A stretch of 64,000 nucleotides of DNA from Candidatus Tectimicrobiota bacterium (lineage in GTDB: Bacteria; JACPUC01): contig JACPUC010000007.1 of NCBI GenBank assembly GCA_016192455.1, positions 68,720 to 132,719 of the forward strand, read 5' to 3'. The position numbers were made by a program, and so were the translations under genes. This document shows, in pieces, positions 28,010 through 37,203 of this stretch. Every line of letters starts with the position of its first letter. Positions within the stretch are counted from its first letter, which is position 1. A model generated the notes under the pieces. The model saw only the letters and a list, made by a program, of their open reading frames with translations, ran no database searches and was not told where the DNA came from.

Positions 28010-29059
28010 ATGGGAGTGCGGCTCTACTGCATTGTTGAGAAGGCCACGGCGCCGAGCAGCGCGGTGCCGCAGCTTCCGGAGCTGGCGCTCGGCAGCATTC
28101 AGTACCGGGACCTCCTGGCGCTGACGAGTCGTGAGCTGCAGGCGGGGCTTGCCGATCTCGACGAGGCGGCGCTGCGCGAGCAGCTTGCGCGCCACCACCG
28201 GGTGAATGAGGCGGCGGCGAAGCTTGGGGCGGTGGTGCCGCTGCGGTTCGGCACCATCGCCGCCAACCACCGCGAGGTGCGGGCCCTCCTGAAGCACGGC
28301 TACATCGAGCTGCGCAGGCTGCTTGAAAAAGTGCGCGATCGGGTGGAGGTGGTGGTGCACGGGCGCCTCGACCGCGCGCTCATCCTGCACCAGATCGCCC
28401 GCCAGGATGGCGAGGTGCAGCGCCTGCGCGCCGCCCCCCCGAGCACCGATCCCGAGACCTGCCGCGAGCAGCAGATCGCCCTCGGGAAGGCGGTGTACGA
28501 GGCCATCCATGCCTATGAACGCGGCTGCATCGCGGAGGTGCGCGCACGGCTTGGCAGGCATGCGGAGGAGGCTGCGGAGGGACGCTTGCTGGCGGAGGAG
28601 ATGGTGCTGAACCTCGGCTTCCTGGTCAGGAGCTTGGAAATCCCGGCATTCCGCGCCGCCCTCGCGGAGCTCAACCGCTCGTTCGCGGGCAACCTCATCT
28701 TGACCTGGCACGGTCCCTTGCCGCCTTACAGCTTCGCGAGCCTGCAGTTCCACCACGTCGAGTTCGAGCGCATCGACGCGGCGCGGCGGAATCTGGGCCT
28801 CGACGAAGAGGCGACGACGGCGGAGATCACCACCGCCTACCACGACCTGGCGCGCCGCTTCCATCCCGACGGCGCGGGCAATGGCGAGGGCGCCGAGACC
28901 TTCAAGGAGCTGAGCGCGGCGCGGGCGATTTTGCTGCGTTACTGCCAGAACTACCGCTACTCATTCCGACGCGAGGCCGTGGCGCGCAGCGTCATCGTCC
29001 GGGCCACCGACGCGGCGGCGGACTACACGCGGAGTCTCACCTATGTCGAAGCCTCCTGA
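28010..29059 (+). CDS. GvpL/GvpF-family gas vesicle protein fused to C-terminal DnaJ J-domain
   Basis: N-terminus GVRLYCIV, NLGFLV and WHGPLPPYSF are GvpF/L hallmarks. The C-terminal ~60 aa LGLDEEATTAEITTAYHDLARRFHPDG...FKELSAARAIL carry the HPD tripeptide and helix pattern of a J-domain. Confidence 0.75.
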   Translation: MGVRLYCIVEKATAPSSAVPQLPELALGSIQYRDLLALTSRELQAGLADLDEAALREQLARHHRVNEAAAKLGAVVPLRFGTIAANHREVRALLKHGYIELRRLLEKVRDRVEVVVHGRLDRALILHQIARQDGEVQRLRAAPPSTDPETCREQQIALGKAVYEAIHAYERGCIAEVRARLGRHAEEAAEGRLLAEEMVLNLGFLVRSLEIPAFRAALAELNRSFAGNLILTWHGPLPPYSFASLQFHHVEFERIDAARRNLGLDEEATTAEITTAYHDLARRFHPDGAGNGEGAETFKELSAARAILLRYCQNYRYSFRREAVARSVIVRATDAAADYTRSLTYVEAS

Positions 29060-29828
29060 GGCCGGCGTCTACTGCTACGGCATCTGCCGCAGCTCAACCC
29101 CGCGGAGCTTCGGCCCCCTCGGCATCGGCGCGCACGGTGACGAGGTGCGGACCCTCGCCGTCGGGGAGATCGCCGCGGTGGTGAGCTGCTCGCCGGCCGG
29201 CACGTACCGCGTCTCGCGCCAGAACGTCCTGGCCCATCAGCAAGTCCTCGAGGCCGTCATGCCGCACTCGCCGGTGCTGCCGATCCGTTTCAGCACCGTC
29301 GCCGACTCCGCCGCGCAGGTCATCGCCGTTCTGGAATCCCGCTACGAGGAATTCGACCACCTCCTCGAACGCATGACGGGGAAGCATGAGCTGGGCGTGA
29401 AGGCGATCTACCGCGAGGCCGTCATCTATGCGGAGCTCGTCGAGGCTGAGCCACGCATTCAGCGCCTGAAACAACGGCTCACGGGAACGCGTCTCGAGGA
29501 GAGCTACTACCCGCGTCTCGAGCTGGGTCGCCTCGTGGAGGCCGCCCTGGCGGCGAAGCGCGAGCGGGAGGGGGCGGCTCTCCTCGCCCTCCTGGCGCCG
29601 CATGCGGTGGAGCACCGACAGGGGCGGCTGTTGCACGAGCGGATGCTCCTAAATGCGGCCTTCCTTGTCGAGAAGGCCCGGGAACGCTCCTTCGATGAGG
29701 TCGTGGAGGAGCTGTCGCGGCGACACGACGCGCGCATAGAGCTGCGGTACGTGGGCCCCATGCCGCCCTACAACTTCGTGAACCTCACGATCAACCTGCG
29801 CGCCGAGCGTGCGCCCTCGCCGCGCTAG
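29043..29828 (+). CDS. gvpF: GvpF/GvpL-family gas vesicle protein
   Basis: GVYCYGI..., LNAAFLV, YVGPMPPYNF. 261 aa. Confidence 0.75.
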   Translation: MSKPPEAGVYCYGICRSSTPRSFGPLGIGAHGDEVRTLAVGEIAAVVSCSPAGTYRVSRQNVLAHQQVLEAVMPHSPVLPIRFSTVADSAAQVIAVLESRYEEFDHLLERMTGKHELGVKAIYREAVIYAELVEAEPRIQRLKQRLTGTRLEESYYPRLELGRLVEAALAAKREREGAALLALLAPHAVEHRQGRLLHERMLLNAAFLVEKARERSFDEVVEELSRRHDARIELRYVGPMPPYNFVNLTINLRAERAPSPR

Positions 29829-29859
29829 GTTGCCTGAAGCAGCCTGGGGGAGAACTTCC

Positions 29860-30090
29860 ATGTTCCTTCTCGACGATCTTCTCCTGCTCCCTTTCCGCGG
29901 CTTGCTCGGCATCCTGAAGGAGATTCAGCGGCTCGCCGAGCAGGAGACCTCCGATCGCGCCAGGCTGCACGAGAAGTTGCTCTACGCGCAGCTCCAGTTT
30001 GAGCTCGATGAAATCACCGAGGCCGAGTACCAGCAGCGCGAGGAGGAGATTCTCCAGCGCTTGCAGCTCCTGGAAGAGGTTGAGCGCTGA
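29860..30090 (+). CDS. gvpG: gas vesicle protein GvpG
   Basis: From Met MFLLDDLLLLPFRGLLGILKEI... with an acidic coiled-coil tail, as in GvpG (~80 aa). A GGGGGAG RBS is upstream. Confidence 0.6.
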   Translation: MFLLDDLLLLPFRGLLGILKEIQRLAEQETSDRARLHEKLLYAQLQFELDEITEAEYQQREEEILQRLQLLEEVER

Positions 30091-30455
30091 TGCCGAGCAG
30101 ACGACCCAGAACCTCGGAACGGCGAGGCGGCGACAACGGCGACCTTGAGGGCGCGGCTCCTCCTCAAGGTTGCGCTGAGACGAGAGGACACCCTGCCATG
30201 CAGCTCAGAGAGGCGGGCGAGGCGGTGCGGCGGGCGCTCTCGGAGGTGCTCGCCAAGCGGGGCGAGATCGTCACCCTGCGCAGGACCGAGGAGGGGTGGG
30301 AGTCGCACGTCGAGGTAGTGGAAGAGAACGAGTACCTCAAGGCCCTCGGCAAGCATGTCGTGGATCGGAACTACTACGTGATCGAGCTCAGCGAGGCGTT
30401 GGAGGTGGTCGCCTACGACCGCCTGGCGAAGAAGCCCCCGGCACGAGAAGAGTAA
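30090..30455 (+). CDS. gvpO: gas vesicle protein GvpO
   Basis: ATG overlaps the gvpG stop (TGATG). The core LRRTEEGWESHVEVVEENEY resembles the GvpO motif LRRSDDGWRVTMDVVE. An alternative start is ATG 30198. Confidence 0.6.
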   Translation: MPSRRPRTSERRGGDNGDLEGAAPPQGCAETRGHPAMQLREAGEAVRRALSEVLAKRGEIVTLRRTEEGWESHVEVVEENEYLKALGKHVVDRNYYVIELSEALEVVAYDRLAKKPPAREE

Positions 30456-30458
30456 CGC

Positions 30459-31391
30459 ATGGCTCCCCTGCAGACCCCTGATACTCCCGCGCGCGGCCTC
30501 TACGCCTACGCTGTCCTCGAGCCCCACCGCCAACCGCCGCCTGGGGGGCCGCTTGGGGTCATCGGCATCGACGGCGCGAGCCCGGTGGAATTCGTCGGCC
30601 ATGGAGCCGTCCTGGCCGCGGTGAGCGAGGTGGCACTCGAGGAGTTCACGGGCGAGCGTCTGAAGGCCAATCTCCAGGAGATGCGCTGGCTCTCCCGCAG
30701 GGTTAGCGCCCACGAGGCCGTCGTGGAGCGCCTGATGGCATGGGGAACCCTGGCGCCCATGAAGTTCGGCACCCTCTTCTCGAGTCTCGCCGCGCTGCGG
30801 CGGTTTCTGCGCGCCTCCCATGAGGATCTGCGCGACACCCTGGCGGCGCTGCGCCTGCATGAGGAGTGGGGCGTGAAGGTCTACGGCCGTAGCCCAGCGG
30901 TGCGGACGCTGCGTCGCCGGCTGGAGGACGACCAGGAGCGCTTAGGCACGGAGCGGAGCGAGGCGGCGTCCCTGCCTGCCGGGCGCGCCTACTTCCAGCG
31001 CAAGCAAACCGAATGGGCGCTGCTGCGGGAGAGCGACGCGACCATGGAAGCCCTGGCGCGGCATATCCACGCCCTGCTCGGCGGCCAGGCGTCGCGCAGC
31101 GCGATCAGCCCCGCGCCGGGCGGCTTTCCCCTCGCTGCCGCGCCAGCGGAGCGCGGCGCGCAGGACCGTGGCGCAGAGGAGGGCGGCCCACGGGGGGGGA
31201 CGAGGGAGAGCTGGGAACTGCTCCTCAATGCAGCCTACCTCGTGCCGCTCGGTAACCGGCAGCGCTTCCTGGCCTGCGCCGCCTGGTCAAACGACCAGCA
31301 CCAGGCGCCTGGCCTGCGTCTGGCGATCACCGGCCCGTGGCCACCCTATCATTTCACCCCTTCATGCTGGAAGCGAGGTGCCCGTGTTTGA
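30459..31391 (+). CDS. gvpL: GvpL/GvpF-family gas vesicle protein
   Basis: GLYAYAV..., LNAAYLV, ITGPWPPYHF. 310 aa. Confidence 0.75.
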   Translation: MAPLQTPDTPARGLYAYAVLEPHRQPPPGGPLGVIGIDGASPVEFVGHGAVLAAVSEVALEEFTGERLKANLQEMRWLSRRVSAHEAVVERLMAWGTLAPMKFGTLFSSLAALRRFLRASHEDLRDTLAALRLHEEWGVKVYGRSPAVRTLRRRLEDDQERLGTERSEAASLPAGRAYFQRKQTEWALLRESDATMEALARHIHALLGGQASRSAISPAPGGFPLAAAPAERGAQDRGAEEGGPRGGTRESWELLLNAAYLVPLGNRQRFLACAAWSNDQHQAPGLRLAITGPWPPYHFTPSCWKRGARV

Positions 31392-31608
31392 CGACCCCAT
31401 CGTTGAGAACGAGCAGACATCGATGCGGCGCGTAAAACTCGTCGAGGTCCTCGACCGGCTCCTCAACCGCGGGGTGTACCTGGAGGGAGACCTGACGCTG
31501 GCGGTTGCCAACATCGACCTCATCTACGTCGGGCTGCGCGTCCTCGTCAGCTCAATTGAGACGGCGCAGCGGATCGCCTCCCGGAGCGGCAGTGGAGCCT
31601 GCGAGTGA
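31378..31608 (+). CDS. GvpA-family small gas vesicle protein (GvpS/GvpM/GvpJ-like)
   Basis: In-frame inside ORF 31168..31608. LVEVLDRLLNRGVYLEGDLTLAVANIDLIYVGLRVLVSSIETAQR matches the GvpA core. Start is GTG 31378 (after GAAGCGAGG) or ATG 31423. Confidence 0.75.
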   Translation: MPVFDDPIVENEQTSMRRVKLVEVLDRLLNRGVYLEGDLTLAVANIDLIYVGLRVLVSSIETAQRIASRSGSGACE

Positions 31609-31621
31609 GCTTGGAGGAAGC

Positions 31622-32380
31622 ATGAGCGGCGAACTCTACGTCTACGGCATCGTCGACAGCCGCTGCGGCCTGGCGATCGCGGGGCGCGGCATGGCCGGAG
31701 GCTCCTTGCAGCTCCTGGCCTGGCATGAGATCGGCGCCGTGGTCAGCAGCGGCGGCTCCTTCCCTCTGCGCTATGAGACCGAACACGTCCTGCACCACGA
31801 GCGCGTCCTGGAGCGGCTCATGAAGGGCCATAGCGTGCTTCCCTGTCGCTTCGACTTGCGCCTGCGGGACGAGGAGGAGGTGGCGGCGCTCCTGCAAGGG
31901 AAGTATGCCGCATTCCGGGCAAACTTGCGGCGCGTCGCGGACACGCAGGAGTGGTGCGTGAGAGCGCTGTGGGACCCCGAGGAGCTGGCCGCCTGGGAAG
32001 AGCTGTCGCCCCATGGAAGTTCTGAACGCATCAACGTCGATGTCTCGGATTCGCCTGACGGCGGCGCGGCCTACCTGCTCCGCAAGTGCCAGGCCTGGCG
32101 GCGGGAGGCGCTCCTGCATGACTTCGCCGAGACCCTCATCGAGGCGGTCCACGAGCCTCTCCAACGTCATGCCCAGGAGAGCCTCACGCGCAAGTGCCTG
32201 AGCGAGCGACTCATTCTCGCCGCCGCCTATCTGGTGCCGCGATGCCGGGCTGCCGAGTTTGTGGCCTGCTTCCGCCGCCAACGTCTGGCGTTCGCGCATC
32301 TCCAGTTTCTCCTTAGCGGACCCTGGCCGCCCAGCAGCTTCATCGACGAAGAGCTGCGGGGGCCGCTCATGGTCACCTGA
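31622..32380 (+). CDS. gvpF: GvpF/GvpL-family gas vesicle protein
   Basis: ATG after GGAGGAAG RBS. ELYVYGIV, LAAAYLV, LSGPWPPSSF. Confidence 0.75.
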   Translation: MSGELYVYGIVDSRCGLAIAGRGMAGGSLQLLAWHEIGAVVSSGGSFPLRYETEHVLHHERVLERLMKGHSVLPCRFDLRLRDEEEVAALLQGKYAAFRANLRRVADTQEWCVRALWDPEELAAWEELSPHGSSERINVDVSDSPDGGAAYLLRKCQAWRREALLHDFAETLIEAVHEPLQRHAQESLTRKCLSERLILAAAYLVPRCRAAEFVACFRRQRLAFAHLQFLLSGPWPPSSFIDEELRGPLMVT

Positions 32381-32432
32381 GACGGCTCTGCCGAGAAGGG
32401 CGCCGCGGCTGAAAAGGTAGAATGGGGGGAAC

Positions 32433-32774
32433 ATGTTTAACGAGTCGACCATTCACGGTGAGCGACTGGAGGACTTCGCCGCTGAGATGGAAAGGATCGC
32501 CAAGCCTCGCGCGCGGCGCATCAATGCAGATCCAGAGCGCGCCGAACAAGGGCTGGCCAAGCTGGTGCTGACACTCATCGAGCTGCTGCGCCAGCTCCTC
32601 GAACGGCAGGCGGTGCGGCGGGTCGAGGCCGGCAGCCTGAGCGCCGATGAGGTGGAGCGGCTGGGTCTGACGCTCATGAAGCTCGAGGCGAAGATGGAAG
32701 AGCTGAAATCCCTCTTCGGTCTGCATGATCAGGATCTCAACCTGAACCTGGGGCCGTTCGGCGATCTCCTCTAG
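32433..32774 (+). CDS. gvpK: gas vesicle protein GvpK
   Basis: GLAKLVLTLIELLRQLLERQAVRRVEAGSLSADEVERLG is the conserved GvpK core. Confidence 0.7.
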   Translation: MFNESTIHGERLEDFAAEMERIAKPRARRINADPERAEQGLAKLVLTLIELLRQLLERQAVRRVEAGSLSADEVERLGLTLMKLEAKMEELKSLFGLHDQDLNLNLGPFGDLL

Positions 32775-32867
32775 CCTGGCGGCGCACCTTCCCAGGTTGG
32801 CGCGCCGGCGCGAGAGAAACCCCTGAGGAAGGCGGCAGCGGCCCGAAGAAAGGAGTCAGGCTGGCAT

Positions 32868-32918
32868 CGAGATAAAGCATAACTTGCTCTTGGATAAGGT
32901 ACGAAACATACTTTTGTT
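32868..32918. promoter_or_regulatory. AT-rich island in otherwise GC-rich intergenic DNA (putative promoter/IHF-type region)
   Basis: GATAAAGCATAACTTGCTCTTGGATAAGGTACGAAACATACTTTTGTT lies 160 nt upstream of the strong AAGGAGGG RBS of the gene at 33081. Confidence 0.3.
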
Positions 32919-33080
32919 CTCGGCGCTGACCTGTCAGGCGATGTCGAGCGACCCCCAGGGGACGCGCGCAGGCCAGGAGGCGACGGTGCGGCGCCAGGCG
33001 TGGGAGCAGGCGGGCGCGCGGATGAGCGCGACAGATCACGCCCGCGGCGAAATCAGGAAGCTGAGTAAGGAGGGTCAACG

Positions 33081-33473
33081 ATGTCGTGGAGCACAGAGAT
33101 GCAGGCACTTCGGATGGAGATTGAGTCTTCGTTCAAGGATCGACGCCAGATGCTCCTTGGCCTGCAGCGGCGGGAGTACGCGCGCAAGGAGAGCTGCGCT
33201 GATTTCATGACGGCGCTGCACACGGCGCAGGGCGAACAGACGCGGGCGCTGTGGGCAATGCTCGGTGAGAGCCGGCGCCAGGGCCGGCAGCGTTTCAACA
33301 CGCTCATGGAGGGCTGCAAGGCGAAGCGGCGCGAACACCGCGAAATCCTCGCGGCCCTGTTCCGTTCCAGTCGCGCCAGCCTTGCGGCGCTGCGCCGCGC
33401 CTTGGAGCAGAGCGGTGAGGAGTGGCGCGCCATGCGGAGCAGAATTGCCGCGGGTGTCGGCGCGCCGCACTAG
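33081..33473 (+). CDS. hypothetical basic helical protein inside gvp cluster
   Basis: 130 aa, Arg/Glu-rich, no recognisable family. Strong RBS. Confidence 0.5.
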   Translation: MSWSTEMQALRMEIESSFKDRRQMLLGLQRREYARKESCADFMTALHTAQGEQTRALWAMLGESRRQGRQRFNTLMEGCKAKRREHREILAALFRSSRASLAALRRALEQSGEEWRAMRSRIAAGVGAPH

Positions 33474-33708
33474 GAGCTGTCGCCGGCCGTTGTGAAGTCG
33501 TGCTCCTCGACCGGGCAGGTGGAGGCGCGAGCAACAACCCGCCCTACAGTAAGCAGGGCGAGCAGCATGGGGAGAGCCACCGGTAGCGCCTCCGCTGCCG
33601 CTGCCGTGGGAGAGTCCGAAGGAGCGGCGCAGCCGACGACCGACGCCGCGCGCTCAGCGCCGTCGCCGGCTGCGCGACGTTGCGACAGAGCAGCGCGCCG
33701 TTCGCCCG

Positions 33709-33735
33709 CGTGGTTCCAGACTCGTGGTTCCAGAC
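33709..33735. repeat. tandem direct repeat CGTGGTTCCAGAC x2 (14-bp period)
   Basis: Read directly, ~110 nt upstream of the gvpJ-like start. A candidate operator. Confidence 0.4.
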
Positions 33736-33843
33736 CACGGGACCCGACACGGCAGGCGAAGCCGACAGGGGGTGTTCCCGGCCCGCGCGGGGGGTGATCT
33801 CAACGCCCACACCACGCGCCCCTGGCGCCCACCAAGGAGCTGC

Positions 33844-34152
33844 ATGGAAACCGCGCCAATAACGAGCATCTCGCACTCGACCGGGGCGGTGACGCTCGCG
33901 GACATCTTGGAGCGAGTCCTCGACAAGGGAATCGTCATTGCCGGCGACATCAGCATCTCGCTGGCTGACGTGCAGCTCCTGACGATCAGGATTCGGCTGC
34001 TCATCGCCTCTGTCGACAAGGCGCGGGAGATGGGCATCTCCTGGTGGGAAGGCGACGGCTTCCTCTCCTCGAAGGCGCGCGAGATCGAGGCGGAGAACCG
34101 CGACTTGAAGGCGCGTCTCGCCCGGCTCGAGGAGGGTTGCAACGCCTCCTGA
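33844..34152 (+). CDS. gvpJ: GvpA-family gas vesicle protein with C-terminal extension (GvpJ-like)
   Basis: ATG after AAGGAG RBS. LADILERVLDKGIVIAGDISISLADVQLLTIRIRLLIASVDKAREMGI is the GvpA/J core. A ~40-aa coiled-coil tail follows. Confidence 0.8.
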   Translation: METAPITSISHSTGAVTLADILERVLDKGIVIAGDISISLADVQLLTIRIRLLIASVDKAREMGISWWEGDGFLSSKAREIEAENRDLKARLARLEEGCNAS

Positions 34153-34344
34153 GCAGGGGCGTTGGAGGTTCCTCCCGCGGCGGGAGGAGCAGGTCCTCCT
34201 CGGCGGGGCGAGGGGCGTGGTGAGAGGTCGGCAGGAGCGGCGCGGAGCACACACAGCCGGCGCGGTAGGCCGGCAGGAGGCAGCAAGACGACACGGCTGC
34301 CGCTGTCTTCACGAGGCAGGAGTCAAGCCAGGGAGAGCGTCACG

Positions 34345-35499
34345 ATGGCGATCGAGGAGTTTCCCACACTCTTGGCGCCGCGGCAGGCGGATGGGTTTGT
34401 CGAGACGGCGTACGTCCGCGACCTCAGCACGCGCAGTCTCGCTGCCATTGAAGCCGGTTTCCCCATTCACTTCCGCGGCGTCTCCGGCAGCGGCAAGACG
34501 ACGCTGGCGATGCACGTGGCCTCCAAGGTCGGCAGGCCGGTGGTCCTCTTGCACGGCAACGAAGAGCTGAGCACGTCGGAGCTGATCGGCGGCGAACAGG
34601 GCTACCGCTTCCGCCGCGTGGTCGACCGCTTCATTCACTCGGTGCTGAAGACCGAGGAAGACCTCACGAAGCACTGGGTCGACAACCGGCTCACCATCGC
34701 CTGCAAGCACGGCTTCACCCTCGTTTACGACGAGTTCAGCCGCTCGCGCCCCGAGGCCAACAACATCCTTCTCTCCATCCTGCAGGAGAAGATTCTCGAC
34801 CTGCCGATGCTGCGAGGCCACGAGCACTACCTGAAGGTGCACCCCAACTTCACCGCCATCTTCACCAGCAACCCCGAGGACTATGCCGGCGTCTTCAAGA
34901 CGCAGGACGCCTTGCGTGACCGCATGATCACCTTCGACCTCGACTTCTTCGACCGCGCCACGGAGGCGGCGATCAGCCAGGCCAAGTCCGGCCTGCCGCT
35001 CGGCGCGGTGGAACGCATCGTCGACCTCGTGCAAGGGTTTCGACAAAGCCAGCAGTACGACTTCGCCCCCACGGTGCGGGCCTGCATCATGATCGCCAAG
35101 CTGACGCGCGTGCGCGGCGCCTCGGCGGCCGCCAACGACCCGGTGTTCCGCCAAATCTGCGCCGACGTGCTCATTTCGGAAACGAGCCGGGTGGGTCTGC
35201 ACGGCAAGAGATTGAAGGTCGATCAGATGCTGGCGCGCCTGATCGACAGGCACTGCGCGGCGGCGCCGCAGGCGAGCCAAGCGAGGAAGAGCTCTCCAGC
35301 CTCTCTCGGTCCCGAGGCGCAGAGCATGGCGGCGAACGGCCCCTCCTCGAGCAGTAGCGGTGGCTTGCAGGAGAACCGGAACCCGACCCGAGGCGCGGGG
35401 GCAAACGCACCAGCGGGACTCTGGCAGCGGCGACAGGGTGAGCCGGTTGCCCCAGCCTCGGCAGGCAATCAGGCGCCCGGCACGCACCGCCACGTTTAG
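34345..35499 (+). CDS. gvpN: gas vesicle AAA+ ATPase GvpN (CbbQ/NorQ family)
   Basis: ATG after AGGGAGAG. Walker A FRGVSGSGKTT, Walker B LVYDEFSRS, and AAA sensor regions. Typical GvpN size. Confidence 0.85.
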   Translation: MAIEEFPTLLAPRQADGFVETAYVRDLSTRSLAAIEAGFPIHFRGVSGSGKTTLAMHVASKVGRPVVLLHGNEELSTSELIGGEQGYRFRRVVDRFIHSVLKTEEDLTKHWVDNRLTIACKHGFTLVYDEFSRSRPEANNILLSILQEKILDLPMLRGHEHYLKVHPNFTAIFTSNPEDYAGVFKTQDALRDRMITFDLDFFDRATEAAISQAKSGLPLGAVERIVDLVQGFRQSQQYDFAPTVRACIMIAKLTRVRGASAAANDPVFRQICADVLISETSRVGLHGKRLKVDQMLARLIDRHCAAAPQASQARKSSPASLGPEAQSMAANGPSSSSSGGLQENRNPTRGAGANAPAGLWQRRQGEPVAPASAGNQAPGTHRHV

Positions 35500-35523
35500 G
35501 AAACCAGCAGGAGAACGTTCACC

Positions 35524-35829
35524 ATGAAGGGCCTCGCGGATCTCAAAACCGCTCGACACGTGAAGATGCGGGGTATGCCGCAGGTCGCGCAGTCTCCGCC
35601 CATCGAACTCTTCATGCTCGGCAAGCAGAAGGAGCGCCTGGAGAAGGAAGAGCAGCAGCTCCTGAAAGCCTTGCAGCGCACGCAGCACACCCTGCGACAC
35701 CTGGCGCAGCGCCTGGAGAGCCTGCGGCAGGAGATCGCCAGGGAAGGCGGCGGCGCCGCGAACGCCGAGCCAGCAGCAGGAGAGCCGCACGGCACGCGCG
35801 GCTGGCAGACGATGCCGTTAACCTACTGA
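35524..35829 (+). CDS. small coiled-coil protein (paralog of 37204..37401)
   Basis: [39 protein letters not shown] is a heptad-rich helix. It shares a QKER-L...L motif with the ORF at 37204. Confidence 0.4.
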   Translation: MKGLADLKTARHVKMRGMPQVAQSPPIELFMLGKQKERLEKEEQQLLKALQRTQHTLRHLAQRLESLRQEIAREGGGAANAEPAAGEPHGTRGWQTMPLTY

Positions 35830-35995
35830 GCCGTTGCGGAGCCTTGCACTCTCGAAGCGCAGGCAGGCGTCGGAGCGTAACCAAGACGAACGAGCACGCC
35901 GCACGGAGTGCGTGCGGAAACGTGGCAAAGGCATCGGTGTGGGGAGGCCACACAACTCTCAGGAGACTGAGAACCACCTTTGGAGGAATCGAATC

Positions 35996-36211
35996 ATGGC
36001 AGTCGAAAAAGCAATCGGGTCATCGAGCCTGGTCGAAGTGGTCGACCGCATCCTGGACAAGGGCATCGTCATCGACGCCTGGGTGAGAGTCTCCCTCGTG
36101 GGGATCGAGCTCCTGGCAATCGAAGCCCGCGTCGTCGTCGCGGGTGTCGACACGTATCTGAAGTACGCCGAGGCCATCGGCCTGACGGCCACGGCCGCCG
36201 CGCCCGCGTAG
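35996..36211 (+). CDS. gvpA: major gas vesicle structural protein GvpA
   Basis: [63 protein letters not shown] is nearly identical to canonical cyanobacterial GvpA. A GGAGG RBS lies 9 nt upstream. Confidence 0.9.
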   Translation: MAVEKAIGSSSLVEVVDRILDKGIVIDAWVRVSLVGIELLAIEARVVVAGVDTYLKYAEAIGLTATAAAPA

Positions 36212-36258
36212 CGGGTGGCCCATCTTCCTGGACGCCGCCCGCGGGCGCAGGCGAGGGG

Positions 36259-36338
36259 GGGTTAGGCACTGCGGTTTCCCCCACCGATTCCCAGGTTCGG
36301 GTCCACTTTGCAGGATCAACCCGAGCACTGCCTAACCC
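36259..36338. repeat. long-range inverted repeat GGGTTAGGCACTGC / GCACTGCCTAACCC (14-bp arms, 1 mismatch, 52-nt loop) downstream of gvpA
   Basis: Read directly 48 nt after the gvpA stop. No T-tract follows. Possible terminator or processing structure. Confidence 0.45.
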
Positions 36339-36401
36339 GTTATCGAAGCGCTCCGCGGGGGCGTTGAGGTCGAGGCGCGGTTCTGCTGCCGCCGCCAACG
36401 G

Positions 36402-36426
36402 GGAACATGTTCCACGTGGAACATTC
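36402..36426. promoter_or_regulatory. overlapping perfect palindromes GGAACATGTTCC and GTTCCACGTGGAAC (three alternating GGAAC half-sites)
   Basis: Read directly in the gvpA-gvpH intergenic region. A candidate protein-binding site. Confidence 0.4.
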
Positions 36427-36587
36427 GCCCGGCGGCGGCAGGCCCGCCGCGTCCTAAAGGTCCGGTCGGGCGGCAGGCTGCCGTTCCCGGAGCCGACGGT
36501 CCGCCCCGGGCGGCCGGCATGGACGCCGGCGCCTCATTCGTTCATCCCGCACCGATCCAGGTGCCATGGCAAGAAGGAGACCGGCTG

Positions 36588-37139
36588 ATGAGTCGGCGCA
36601 AGACGAGCGGCCCAGCGGGGCTCGGTGGCGTCTTCAAGGGTATCGCCTCGTTCATCGACCTCCTCGTTGACCTCACCGAGGAGGGTGCAGGCAAAGAGGA
36701 GGACAGCACCGAGGAGGGCAAGGGGATCAAGCGGTCGCGGGAGTTCCGCGGCGCCACGGCGAGCGGCAAAGAGTTTCGCGGCGTGTACGGGTTTTCGGTG
36801 CGGATGGGACTGGGCGGGCCGGAGGTGGAGACGTTCGGCAACCTCCACCCCGCCGACGAGGGCGCCGTGGTGGAGGAACGCCGCGAGCCCCTGGTCGACG
36901 TCTTCGATGAGGGGCAAAGCCTGCAGGTGGTGGTGGAGCTGCCGGGGGTGGAGGAGGAGAGCATTGATGTTCGCCTCGCCGACGATGTCCTCATCCTCTC
37001 CACCGAGCGCGGCGCCCGCAAGTACTACAAGGAGGTGCTGCTGCCCGCGCCGGTGGAGGCGCAGAGCCTGGTCCGCACCTACCGCAACGGCATCTTCGAG
37101 GTGCGCCTGCAGAAGCGAGCCGAGCCGCCGCGGGAGTGA
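36588..37139 (+). CDS. Hsp20/alpha-crystallin family small heat-shock protein (GvpH-like)
   Basis: ATG after AAGGAGA. Alpha-crystallin domain VDVFDEGQSLQVVVELPGVEEESIDVRLADDVLILSTERG...GIFEVRL. Confidence 0.8.
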   Translation: MSRRKTSGPAGLGGVFKGIASFIDLLVDLTEEGAGKEEDSTEEGKGIKRSREFRGATASGKEFRGVYGFSVRMGLGGPEVETFGNLHPADEGAVVEERREPLVDVFDEGQSLQVVVELPGVEEESIDVRLADDVLILSTERGARKYYKEVLLPAPVEAQSLVRTYRNGIFEVRLQKRAEPPRE

Positions 37140-37203
37140 GCGGCCTCGCTATCGTTCCTCATCCCGCCTCTTCTCGGCGCGCCGATCTCTTGGGAGGAGA
37201 ATT

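Noticed and set aside
35830-35995. sigma54-like TGGCAAAGGCATCGGT upstream of gvpA
   Set aside because: The -12 element reads TCGG instead of TTGC, so the GC is in the wrong place. Not a credible match by eye.
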